Part shown: positions 17,981 to 27,099 of the stretch, in pieces
How the letters are laid out: each line of letters begins with the position of its first letter
How positions within the stretch are numbered: position 1 is the first letter of the stretch
DNA from: a virus
Lineage: Duplodnaviria; Caudoviricetes
Reading direction: 5' to 3' (one strand)
IMG/VR virus record: IMGVR_UViG_3300032227_000570
Span: 35,800 to 99,799 of that record
DNA: 64,000 nucleotides
The notes under the pieces: generated by a model
What the model was told of the DNA's origin: nothing
What the model saw: only the letters and a program-made list of their open reading frames with translations
The model's database searches: none
Translations under genes and position numbers: made by a program

Positions 17981-20191
17981 CTAGGAAGTTCCCTCTTCAC
18001 CCTTGAAAGAGCGGACACGCCATTGAGTTCCCATAGGGACCCACTGGCTAAGGCTGTCTAGAAGACGAGCAATCTTGATAGTACGGCTCTGGTAAAAGTA
18101 GGAGTAGGAAGCGTGGGCAGTGCCTGACCAATAGACACCGCTTGCAGCAGGAAGAGAGCCGTCAAAGTAATCGGTGGCATTAAAACCAGCCTCAACCTGT
18201 GCAGCATCAACGTATACGCTCACTGATGAAGAAGACAGTGTTCCAGCAATATTGAGTGAAAGAGTGATGTTCCCTGTTGCTGACAAGTCTTCAGGTATGT
18301 AGAGACTTACTGTGTACCGTTGCCATGTTGAGGTTAGAGCCAGGGTTGATGAAGCATTGACCACGTTTGTAGAGTCATCATCGTCTGCAACTAAGGTCAT
18401 AGTCAAGGTGGAGTTGGCAGATGCCTTCATGTAGATAGACGCTGTGTAGAAAGACCCTTGAGTCAACTTATAAGTATTGGGGTTTTTATTAGCGTTTGTA
18501 GACAGTGAAAAGGCGGTTTGTCCAGATAGTCGTAAAGAATAGGTTCCAGGAAGTCCTGGTGGAATTGTTGTGTTGTCTCTTGTTGCTGAAGAGTTGGTAG
18601 TCCAATAAGTTGAGTTTGTTTCAAATGATGGGTTAGCAAGGATGTTTACTTTTCTTGGTTCCAAGAATACGTCTAATGCTCTTGCTTCATCGTAATTGGT
18701 AGCAGTTGCACTAGGTGCCATCTGTACACAGTCGATGTTATATGAGTTTTGTGTTCTGAACTTTAACCGAAACGCCGCATAAACCGCACCAGCAGGAGCG
18801 GTAGCAGTTTGCTCAATGCGTTGGTACACACCTGTAGTTCCGTATTCAGTTCCGATTACTGGAGACCCAATCTGTGCTCCAACTTCGTCATACCAATAAA
18901 TACGTCCTTCAACGTTTCCATTTGAATCTGAAGCAGCGTAATAACTGAACTTGTATGCGGTACCTGCTGTAACTGGAATTCCTTTTGTTCGAGGAGAGTC
19001 TTTGCCAATAAACATGTTTGAGGTGTTTGTAACGCTTCCAGTTGCTGCAGTTGAGCCTAGGTTTGCACCACTGTTGGCGTATGTAAAGACTGTAGGGCTT
19101 ATAACAGTTGCAACGGTTGCACCACTTGCATTAAATGCAGCATCAACACCAGTAATGTTTATAACGTCCCCTTGGTCAAGACCGTGGGCAGCACTAAGGG
19201 TTAGTTTAGCAATGTTGTCGGTTCGTTCTTTAAAAGTTACTGTAGATGTAGTTGTAACAAAACGACCTGAGTAAGCCTTATCAATAGCGTTATTTCCTGT
19301 AGGTGCTGTCTTGTTACTTACAGAAGTTAGAGTTCCATGAGTTTTAGTCCAACGACCAATGCCGTTAGTAAAAGAAGAATCTTGAACATCTAAAAAGAGA
19401 TTTGGAGAAACAGTAACTGTCGGTGCATATCCTGTAAGTGCTTCGATATACCCAGAGATACCTAAGTAGGTTCCCTTGTTCTTGTATAGGTAAACGCTTT
19501 CTCTAATTAACTTCTTTTGATTCTTGTTAGGCAACCCTCTCTCTGGATAAAGACCTAGATTAAGTTGGTTAATACCTAAAAGTTGAGGAGGAGTAGTTCT
19601 TTTTCCATAAGAGGGTTTTAATAAAGAAGCATAGGTAAGGACCTCATCATAAGAAAATGAGAAGGGCTTTAAAAACTTATAAACAAAAGACTCCGTGTTT
19701 GGGATACCTGTAGGTGTCTGGTCATCTGTTGTATACACTTTTGGAAGCATCTCAAACAAGCGTGTTTGTGTTCCAAAGTCTTTTGGAACAACGGTTGTTG
19801 CAAAACCCGCTTGTTTCCAAAGGTTAGCACTTGTAAAAATCCACATGGTGTAATAGACGAACTGACCAGTTGGTGGGTAGTAATCATTATCAGTGTTTGA
19901 ATCTAAGAAGTTGTCTATACCATCATAAAAACGGTCACGTTCAACTGTTCCAGAAAGATTTGTTGTTGATGCTTGTTCCCAAAGAACAATTCCATCTTCT
20001 GCGGTCTCTGGGTAATTATCGTTGTTTCTTACCAAACGAATTTTTGTAAAATCACCTGCAGGTGGATTCCACAAAATCCAAACTTGGTTGTAATCCATGG
20101 CATAAGCAGACATAGGTTCTGAAGACAGGACAAGTCGTGGAGCCTGACCATAGTAGGCTCCATGAAATATCGCACCCGTGTACTTTGCCAC
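17981..20191 (-). CDS. Baseplate wedge/tail protein (P2 gpI-like domain plus carbohydrate-binding-like repeats)
   Basis: LFEMLPKVY...YKNKGTYLGI..YIEALTGY; NLFL...SSF..G...W and NILANPSFETN...W CBM-like modules; DAAQVE...ATDYFDG. Confidence 0.7.
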   Translation of the reverse strand: MAKYTGAIFHGAYYGQAPRLVLSSEPMSAYAMDYNQVWILWNPPAGDFTKIRLVRNNDNYPETAEDGIVLWEQASTTNLSGTVERDRFYDGIDNFLDSNTDNDYYPPTGQFVYYTMWIFTSANLWKQAGFATTVVPKDFGTQTRLFEMLPKVYTTDDQTPTGIPNTESFVYKFLKPFSFSYDEVLTYASLLKPSYGKRTTPPQLLGINQLNLGLYPERGLPNKNQKKLIRESVYLYKNKGTYLGISGYIEALTGYAPTVTVSPNLFLDVQDSSFTNGIGRWTKTHGTLTSVSNKTAPTGNNAIDKAYSGRFVTTTSTVTFKERTDNIAKLTLSAAHGLDQGDVINITGVDAAFNASGATVATVISPTVFTYANSGANLGSTAATGSVTNTSNMFIGKDSPRTKGIPVTAGTAYKFSYYAASDSNGNVEGRIYWYDEVGAQIGSPVIGTEYGTTGVYQRIEQTATAPAGAVYAAFRLKFRTQNSYNIDCVQMAPSATATNYDEARALDVFLEPRKVNILANPSFETNSTYWTTNSSATRDNTTIPPGLPGTYSLRLSGQTAFSLSTNANKNPNTYKLTQGSFYTASIYMKASANSTLTMTLVADDDDSTNVVNASSTLALTSTWQRYTVSLYIPEDLSATGNITLSLNIAGTLSSSSVSVYVDAAQVEAGFNATDYFDGSLPAASGVYWSGTAHASYSYFYQSRTIKIARLLDSLSQWVPMGTQWRVRSFKGEEGTS

Positions 20192-20201
20192 TTAAAAGTA
20201 C

Positions 20202-20648
20202 CTACGCAGTCATTTGAACGGCGATGTAGTTTAACTTTAGTGGGTAACTGTTTCCTGCTTGTCCGTCTGTAATAGGTGTGTCCATCTCAACTTCGTATGT
20301 AAATTGAGCGTTTGATACCGTCTTTACTGTTCCATAACCGTTCTTAACGGTAGTTGGGTAAGTAACTGATACAAAAACAATAGGGGTCTGACTGAAACGA
20401 CCTAAATCAAAAGCCTTAGTTCCAATAATTAGTTGGTCTCCGCCAGTACTTGTTGTTAGATTAACAGTTCCAACCTCAATTGCATAAGGCACTTGAGAAG
20501 GACGAATAATCTGTCCATTAAATGTAGCACCGCTTGTAAAAGTATTAGCCGCATTTAAACGGGCATAGTTACTTAAATCAGGATAGGCAATAGAAAGTGG
20601 CTCCCATTCGGTTCCACTCCAAACTCGGACTTCTCTGTAATTAGGCAT
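20202..20648 (-). CDS. Minor tail/fibre protein with H-type-lectin-like C-terminus
   Basis: VWSGTEW, YARLNAANTFT, F...FSQTPIVFVS...LNYIAVQM. Confidence 0.55.
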   Translation of the reverse strand: MPNYREVRVWSGTEWEPLSIAYPDLSNYARLNAANTFTSGATFNGQIIRPSQVPYAIEVGTVNLTTSTGGDQLIIGTKAFDLGRFSQTPIVFVSVTYPTTVKNGYGTVKTVSNAQFTYEVEMDTPITDGQAGNSYPLKLNYIAVQMTA

Positions 20649-20650
20649 AG

Positions 20651-20881
20651 TTACTCACTAACTGGTGGTGTGAAGTTTGTGCCGTCCCATTTCCAACCAA
20701 CTTGTGGGTTGTTTTCTGCACCACGTGTAAACTCAAGGACTGTTGGGTTGCTTAAGAAAACAGAGGCACTACGCTCATCTGTTCCCATAACAAGGACAAC
20801 TTCTCCATCAAGTACAAAGGCTAGGCTTTTTGTTATAGCAGGTTGTTCACGTTTAAATTGGCTATTTACTGGCTCACTCAT
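20651..20881 (-). CDS. Small protein of a type often found beside fibre genes (assembly chaperone candidate)
   Basis: AFVLDGEVV...PQVGWKWDGTNFTPP. Confidence 0.5.
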   Translation of the reverse strand: MSEPVNSQFKREQPAITKSLAFVLDGEVVLVMGTDERSASVFLSNPTVLEFTRGAENNPQVGWKWDGTNFTPPVSE

Positions 20882-20882
20882 T

Positions 20883-21158
20883 TTATTCTCCTTCGTTAGT
20901 GCTTACTGTAACAGGTCCCCACTTACCTACGGGGCATGAAGCGTGTGGCAATTCAGCCTTTTTAGTCATAAAGCAACCACATTTTTTACAAGTCTTTGTT
21001 GCTTGAATAAGGAACGGGCAGTTAAGGCAGTGGTTTGTGTATCTGTACTCGTAAGTCTCGTCGTCTACTCTCCCAATTTTTGGGTTGAGTAAATCCCAAG
21101 GACGAACTGAATCGCCACCATTCTTTTCTTTCCAAATGTCCCAAGGTCTTTTTTCCAT
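20883..21158 (-). CDS. Cys-rich small protein (DUF6171-like)
   Basis: CLNCPF...TCKKCGCFM..KA.L..ASCPVGKW; six Cys. Confidence 0.65.
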   Translation of the reverse strand: MEKRPWDIWKEKNGGDSVRPWDLLNPKIGRVDDETYEYRYTNHCLNCPFLIQATKTCKKCGCFMTKKAELPHASCPVGKWGPVTVSTNEGE

Positions 21159-21159
21159 T

Positions 21160-22392
21160 TTATTGTCCTAACGGTTTAACTATTAATGAGCCAATTGTAC
21201 GACCATCTTCAAAGTTACTTGGACGTGCTACAACCCCATACCCAGTTCCCGTTGCAAGAAATTCGGAGGTTGTGTATGTCCCTATTTGATTAGTATAAAG
21301 GCTGTCTGTGTAGGCATTGACAGTCATGTTTGTGCCATTAGCGGATATTTTTACCGCTGACCAACGGTCAGGAACTTGAACAGATTCAACAACCGAGAAG
21401 ACCCCATTAACCATTTTTACTATCTGTAAATAGAAGTAGTTTGTGTACGAAGTTCCTGTGGCTGATTGGATACACTCATTGTACGAACCCGCTTGGCAAC
21501 AAGCGTACAACGGCACATTTGTATAGCCGTCAGGTGCACACTCGTACTCTGTTCCTATCTGCCCAAAAACTTCTCCACTAGGACAGTACTCAATATACGT
21601 CTCTTGTAAATCATAAACTGGTTCACAGGGATAGTCTTCCCATGTATTTGTGCAAACCTGTCTTGTTCCAGTTCCTGGAGTACAGACTCTAACCACACCT
21701 CGACCAATTTGGTATACCCACTCACAGTTTACTGTGTCATAAGGTTCGGTAACACAGTTTTGTACAATTCTACCTGATGGAGTTGGTGGTACACAGTCGA
21801 TTTCTACCCACTCGTCGTAATAAAGAAGTTCGTACCCACCAGGACAGGTAAAATCATATATTGGTGTAGTTGTTTCAGTATTTGGCGGGTCACAACGTAA
21901 GGTGTAATCATACGGCTCAGTACAAGCAGTAATGCAGTAACTTACTGGACGAGATTGAACGCAATAAGTATACGTTTGAGAAGTTTGGTTGTAATAGGGA
22001 AGAACACCCCACCAGTTATTTGCGTCAGTTACACGAATAGCAACTCCAGTTCCTGGAGTTAACTCGTTGGCTTGAAGGTCAAACTCTAAAAATCCAGCAT
22101 CAATTGATGCCAATGGGTAATCTGATTTAGAACCAGTTGTTTTAGCAGCGTTAGAGTTAATTTGCCATTGGCTTCTTAGAATAGTCCAGCCTTGTCCTGA
22201 ATCTGCAGCACCTAAACCAGAGGTGGTATCGGCTCTATTAAAGAGGTCTTCAAGTTTGTCTGCCCAAAACTGTTTCCACTCCCCAGCAACTTTTACATAG
22301 CCAAACTTAGCCTTCTTCCAACCGCCATCTACTTTTGCAAATAGACCAGAAGCAGACTTAAAGTTGCCAGATACCTTAGAACCAATAGCCAT
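21160..22392 (-). CDS. Putative fibre-tip adhesin/receptor-binding protein with a 16-Cys insert
   Basis: N-terminal KVDGGWK...YVKVAGEWKQFW repeats; beta-sandwich-like flanks (FNRADT..LG...GQ.W); all 16 Cys lie in residues 144-307. Confidence 0.6.
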   Translation of the reverse strand: MAIGSKVSGNFKSASGLFAKVDGGWKKAKFGYVKVAGEWKQFWADKLEDLFNRADTTSGLGAADSGQGWTILRSQWQINSNAAKTTGSKSDYPLASIDAGFLEFDLQANELTPGTGVAIRVTDANNWWGVLPYYNQTSQTYTYCVQSRPVSYCITACTEPYDYTLRCDPPNTETTTPIYDFTCPGGYELLYYDEWVEIDCVPPTPSGRIVQNCVTEPYDTVNCEWVYQIGRGVVRVCTPGTGTRQVCTNTWEDYPCEPVYDLQETYIEYCPSGEVFGQIGTEYECAPDGYTNVPLYACCQAGSYNECIQSATGTSYTNYFYLQIVKMVNGVFSVVESVQVPDRWSAVKISANGTNMTVNAYTDSLYTNQIGTYTTSEFLATGTGYGVVARPSNFEDGRTIGSLIVKPLGQ

Positions 22393-22400
22393 CTTATGTC

Positions 22401-23069
22401 CTAAGCAGTGTACTTAATCCAGATGTCTCCGTTATTACCACCAGTTGGGTCTGCTGTTGAGACCGTGATGTTACGAAGACGTGAGGTTAGTGCTTGGTCT
22501 CCCGTAAGAGTTCCACCAGTGATTTGGATGGTTGTATCAGCAGCAAGGACAGCAGGTGTTGAATCAGAGTCAACCCAAAGTGTTCCTGTTGGAAGTCCCA
22601 AAGCAGAAGCATCAGGTTGAGTTGACTGCATAAGGATAGGTTTAATAACTTGATTTTTATAAATAATCTGACCGTCTTTATCAACCTTAGTTAAAATGGC
22701 TCCTGTTGAATCTTTAAAGCGAATTAGGTCAGCAGTTTGGCTTGTAAAGCCCTGAATAGTTAGACCAACAACTGTTGAGTTAGAAGACTGAATTGTTTCC
22801 CCACCAGTAAAGTGCACATACTGATTGTGAACATCTCCTTTAATTCCTTTTTCAATGTTTGCTACACGAGCAGCCAAAGACGAAAAAGTGGTTGTTGTAT
22901 CATCAAAAGAGCCAACATATCCAGAAGATACGTGTGGCATTGAACCAACGTAGTTTTCAATAGCCATAACTTCGTCTTGAAGGCTGTTGATATGTTCTGC
23001 AACAATGATTTGCGTATAATCGGTTTTATTTTGAAAGGGCTTGGTACCCGATGGGTAATCTGCTGCCAT
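22401..23069 (-). CDS. Tail fibre/connector protein
   Basis: A.YP....F....D....AEHINSLQDEV.AIE anchor-type start; ends STADPTGGNNGDIWIKY. Confidence 0.6.
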   Translation of the reverse strand: MAADYPSGTKPFQNKTDYTQIIVAEHINSLQDEVMAIENYVGSMPHVSSGYVGSFDDTTTTFSSLAARVANIEKGIKGDVHNQYVHFTGGETIQSSNSTVVGLTIQGFTSQTADLIRFKDSTGAILTKVDKDGQIIYKNQVIKPILMQSTQPDASALGLPTGTLWVDSDSTPAVLAADTTIQITGGTLTGDQALTSRLRNITVSTADPTGGNNGDIWIKYTA

Positions 23070-23129
23070 GTTCGTCTCCTAACAGTTCTGGTCAATTCTG
23101 ACGGTATTTGTACTAAAAAACTTCCTCAA

Positions 23130-23588
23130 CTACGGGTGAGTATGGCTGACATTCGCTTTTGTCAGCATCTGTGCCTCTAAAGTTTTAACTTTATTGGCTA
23201 AAGCAACTATGGTGGCTACTAGGTCTACTTCTGTAGTTCCATTGTCAATTCGTTCGGTAATGATGTGAGAGGACAGCCCCGTTAAAGAAACGGAATCTGA
23301 AAGAACCTTTACATTGACTCTTTTGCCTTTTGTCTTTTTTCCGTATGTGCCAACCCAAAGAGGATAGGAGGGGTCTCCTCCTTCGTACATAACCCAAACT
23401 CCATCACCAATTTCAGGCACTTCAGTTTTAAGAGCCGAAGTTTCTTTAGGCCAAGCCCAAGGGAGTTCTTTAGTAAGAGCACTTCCGCTTAGTTGAGGAA
23501 CCGTTACTTTTAGACGACGGTGGTTTTCTGGGTCTTTATTTGAAACAACCGTCCCACGGTACATGCCATAAAAAAGTTCTTCTGCCAT
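23130..23588 (-). CDS. Baseplate spike (gp5/gpV OB-fold)
   Basis: YGMYRGTVVSNKDPE..RRLKV.VPQ, WAWP, VPEIGDGVWVMYEGGDPSYPLWVG; C-terminal HTHP. Confidence 0.85.
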   Translation of the reverse strand: MAEELFYGMYRGTVVSNKDPENHRRLKVTVPQLSGSALTKELPWAWPKETSALKTEVPEIGDGVWVMYEGGDPSYPLWVGTYGKKTKGKRVNVKVLSDSVSLTGLSSHIITERIDNGTTEVDLVATIVALANKVKTLEAQMLTKANVSHTHP

Positions 23589-23589
23589 G

Positions 23590-25146
23590 TTACACCGCTG
23601 AAACAATTATGTCGTTTTCTGCAAATGTAAGGATTTCGTAATCTGCAGCAGTAATGTCAACAATGCTTGGGGTACCACCAACTATGTACAAGAAAGTTAC
23701 CTTTGGCTTTTTGCAACCAGCAACACCTTGTAGAACAAAGGTAATGTCTTCAGCCTGTACTGTGTCACCAAAAGCAACATAGTTGTAACTAAAGTTGTCT
23801 AGAAGTGCTGACTTAATGTTTTTAATAGCGTCTTCTTCTGTATAGGTTGGGTCAAGAGTAAAGTCAATACCAATGTAGATTGGTTTATACGTTGGTTTAA
23901 CATAAGTAACTGTTGTTCCCACTAGCACCTTTGGTTCTAGGTAAGCCTTAACAGCATCTCGTAAAGAAGTCCATTCAACAGTTGCTTCATAAACTCCTGG
24001 CGTTGCAGTTTCTACTAAACCAGGTGTTGGGTCCGAATCGTTGATATCACGACTAGGAGCAATGTAAAGAGTTACCGCTGTCCACGAGGAAGCAATAGCC
24101 CTAGCCTTACCACAGTTAGTTACAGACAGTGCAAGGTTTTCCATATCAGCAAGCGTTACTGCACGGCTTTGAGAGTTTAAGTATGCAGGTGCGTTATTTC
24201 GAATAGATGTGTCTGATTCTGGTTCAGAACCACCCAAACCGTTTGTTGTGTTGGTTACGTCAATTGTGCCGTTTAAAGCAATTGTTAGTGACTCAGACAA
24301 TCCAGGAACATAAGTGATTGTGTCTAAAGTAGATGTTGCAATGTTTCCTAAAGTTCCACCGCCAACAACATACACGGCACGAATACTCGATAAGCGTGTA
24401 GGAATTGCACCAGACACACCATCACCAAATAAAACGTAAACGTTGTTGTCTTTATCAAGGCGAGTGCTATACACAGTGTCGTTTGGACCGTAGTCAAGAA
24501 GATGCTTTACTTCAGTCCATTTCTTGTAAGTAACTCCGCTTTGTACGTATACGTCAATGGTGTCGCTTACAACTGGGAAATCTTCAATAATAAAACTTTG
24601 GTCTGGTTGTCCAGTAGAACTTCCTAAAAGCGTTCCATAGGTATTTCCAGCCTCAACTGTGTTAAGTATTCCTTCATAAGCAAAAGCAGTAATTTGACCA
24701 CGTGTACCTGATGCAAACGCAGGAACAGTGACCGTTTGTTTTGTAGTAAAGATAACTGTGTACACAGCGTCTTCTACAGTAACATTTCCAGAAACACGTG
24801 TACCAGCAGGAATAGTCACTGCGGAGTTAGAGTTGTTATAAAAAGTAATATCAATAAGAGCATTTTGATATCCAGATGGAACATACCCATACGTTTCTGC
24901 AATAGCCAAAATAGACTCACGTTGCGTGGCTGTTGTAATAAAAGACTCGTTTGCAATGCGGTCAATATAGTAGTTCGCTATATCACCCATGTATGAAAAG
25001 GCTTCAATAAGAGCCATACCAAAATCTGCTTGGTCTGCTCCAGTCCATTCAGGAATTCGGTTCTGAACTCTAGCGATTAGTTCTTCACGAATAGCGTAAT
25101 AATCACGGCTTGTGTAATCAACGGTTACTGGTACTTCATCAGCCAT
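23590..25146 (-). CDS. Baseplate J / gp6-like wedge protein
   Basis: DYTSRDY, PEWT...DFG.ALIE, NESFITTAT.R.S, FGDGVSG.IP, GG.EPES...IR..AP, RAVTLAD. Confidence 0.9.
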   Translation of the reverse strand: MADEVPVTVDYTSRDYYAIREELIARVQNRIPEWTGADQADFGMALIEAFSYMGDIANYYIDRIANESFITTATQRESILAIAETYGYVPSGYQNALIDITFYNNSNSAVTIPAGTRVSGNVTVEDAVYTVIFTTKQTVTVPAFASGTRGQITAFAYEGILNTVEAGNTYGTLLGSSTGQPDQSFIIEDFPVVSDTIDVYVQSGVTYKKWTEVKHLLDYGPNDTVYSTRLDKDNNVYVLFGDGVSGAIPTRLSSIRAVYVVGGGTLGNIATSTLDTITYVPGLSESLTIALNGTIDVTNTTNGLGGSEPESDTSIRNNAPAYLNSQSRAVTLADMENLALSVTNCGKARAIASSWTAVTLYIAPSRDINDSDPTPGLVETATPGVYEATVEWTSLRDAVKAYLEPKVLVGTTVTYVKPTYKPIYIGIDFTLDPTYTEEDAIKNIKSALLDNFSYNYVAFGDTVQAEDITFVLQGVAGCKKPKVTFLYIVGGTPSIVDITAADYEILTFAENDIIVSAV

Positions 25147-25559
25147 TATAAGTTCTCCTGATACGCTGGTTGGTTTCTAGAGATAGCGGTGATAGCAACC
25201 ACTGCTAAATCAGTCTTGTTATTAGGGAGCGTGTACTCCACCTCGATGTTTATTAACCCAGAAGCATCTATGGCTTTTTCATCAAAGGTAACGTCAACTC
25301 TGTCTAATTCTAGGGTAGGCAAATACTTAATAAAGGCTTGTTCTACCTCAGTTTTAATTGCTGGGATTGCTACGCTGACCCCATCAAACATGTAATCAGC
25401 AATCTTGGTGCCAAACCCAACCTCCATCACACGTTCATCAACCATGGTGCAAATAACGGACCTAACTCTATCTGCCCAGATTTTAGAAAAATCGCTTGCT
25501 GTAGATATACGTCCATACGTATCTAAACGAAAAGGCAACGAGATTGTTTTTTCAGACAT
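25146..25559 (-). CDS. gp25/gpW-like baseplate wedge protein
   Basis: ISLPFR, VICT..DERVM...FGT. Confidence 0.85.
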   Translation of the reverse strand: MSEKTISLPFRLDTYGRISTASDFSKIWADRVRSVICTMVDERVMEVGFGTKIADYMFDGVSVAIPAIKTEVEQAFIKYLPTLELDRVDVTFDEKAIDASGLINIEVEYTLPNNKTDLAVVAITAISRNQPAYQENL

Positions 25560-25562
25560 TTA

Positions 25563-26831
25563 CTACACCCACTTTCTAGAGTTAAGGGTACTGTACCCAG
25601 TGTCGTTTTGATTAAACATGGATGACTTAATTGATAAAACAGGTGGCTGTGGTAAAGACAAGGTATCTCCATCATCAAAATCAGAAAGATTTAAAACAGG
25701 TACAGCACCTTTTCTGTTATACCGCTTACTGCTTTCTCTATTTTCATTTCGACCATCAGTAACCACAACCCCATTACATGAGTAGTGCCCTGTTTTGTTA
25801 AAAACGTGTGTTACAGACTTAACAATCCAATAGCCATCATTAGTGTCGTCTACTCCAGAAACTTCAACAACATGGTACGGAGCAATACGTGGGTCTCCCT
25901 GAGATTGAAAATGTGCTGGCATTGTAAAACGTGCTTGTTCGGCTTTAGCCTTAGCAACAGTTTTTGCAAACTCCAAACTATTTACAACTTGCTTACTTCC
26001 TTGTTCAGAAAACAAAACCTTATTTTGCTGACTTCTAAGCCCTTTTTTACTAGTTGGCTTTTCCTGAGATGAAAAAGACTTGCCAGTAATTGGGTCAACA
26101 CCAGTAATGTTTTTTACGGTCTTTTTTGCTGAGTCTGGGTCATCTGACCAATCTCCAGTAGTTGGACGAAACTTATCTAGGGTTCTTTCCAAAAAAGAAT
26201 GAAATGGTGCAGCAAGTGTATTGTCATAATGAAGCAGGGGTATAGTTCCCATGGATTTGTCAATAAGTGTGTCCCACTTTAAAAAGTAAACAGTAGTTCC
26301 TTTAACGTAAAACACATATCCAGCACGATGTGCAAGTTCCATTAAAAATTGCCAATAGGTTTTTCCATGCTGAGACAAAACAGAGTATCTAGCAGCACTA
26401 GGAGTAACCACGGCTTTTAACTTGTTCTTCTTTGCAATATCAGAAACAACCTCACTAATAGTTTTGTTTACATACACCTTTGTGTCTGTCTCTTTTAAAA
26501 AGAACGAAGGACCAATAGCGGTAACTTCAAACTCTCTGTTGTTTTGACCAGCAGTAGTTTCTTTAACGTCTGTTACATATCCAAAAAACTCACCCTTTAT
26601 ATTTAAACCAGTTGTCCAAGTTACTTTTACGGGAGAATGACTTCTTAATCCCTTTTTAAGGGTTTTACTAGTGGTCATATACTTTAAGACTATTTCATCA
26701 TGATACTTAGAGTTTTGATGAAGTTCGATTGTATGAGGCACCAGACGAACAGACGGGAAATCTGGGTAATCAACTTTATACTTTGTGCCTAAACGAGGTT
26801 GATAACCAGCAGGAATATGTTTAGTTGACAC
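25563..26831 (-). CDS. Baseplate hub (gpD/gp27-like)
   Basis: FFGYV, TISEVV..IAKK..L, Q...TYWQFL.ELA...GY, GDPRI.P...V.V.G....DGYWIV.SVTH. Confidence 0.8.
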   Translation of the reverse strand: MSTKHIPAGYQPRLGTKYKVDYPDFPSVRLVPHTIELHQNSKYHDEIVLKYMTTSKTLKKGLRSHSPVKVTWTTGLNIKGEFFGYVTDVKETTAGQNNREFEVTAIGPSFFLKETDTKVYVNKTISEVVSDIAKKNKLKAVVTPSAARYSVLSQHGKTYWQFLMELAHRAGYVFYVKGTTVYFLKWDTLIDKSMGTIPLLHYDNTLAAPFHSFLERTLDKFRPTTGDWSDDPDSAKKTVKNITGVDPITGKSFSSQEKPTSKKGLRSQQNKVLFSEQGSKQVVNSLEFAKTVAKAKAEQARFTMPAHFQSQGDPRIAPYHVVEVSGVDDTNDGYWIVKSVTHVFNKTGHYSCNGVVVTDGRNENRESSKRYNRKGAVPVLNLSDFDDGDTLSLPQPPVLSIKSSMFNQNDTGYSTLNSRKWV

Positions 26832-27099
26832 GTGGAATCCTCAGCAATGTTCCAGGTGTAATGTCAAATGGAGATGTGTACTCTGGGTTAAAGTCCATAA
26901 TTTGATGCCAGACATCTGGGTCACCAAATAAACGAGACGCAACAACATCGATTCGGTCGCCTTCCACCCATTCGTAGAAGTAAACATTTGAAACTTTTAC
27001 GGGAAACTTACGAAGAACAGTTAGTTCCCAAGTTTGTTTTGTTGGGTTGTAAGCACGAAAGATAGTGCCATCCGCATATCGGCTATCTAAAAAAATCAT
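26821..27099 (-). CDS. LysM/gpX-like baseplate protein
   Basis: SRY..., EGDRID.VA....GDP..W..I.D.NP......I.PGT.LRIP. Confidence 0.8.
   Translation of the reverse strand: MIFLDSRYADGTIFRAYNPTKQTWELTVLRKFPVKVSNVYFYEWVEGDRIDVVASRLFGDPDVWHQIMDFNPEYTSPFDITPGTLLRIPRVN

Noticed and set aside
21472-21963. Diversity-generating retroelement acting on the Cys-rich insert
   Set aside because: No reverse transcriptase and no template-repeat copy seen in this window; cannot be excluded elsewhere in the genome
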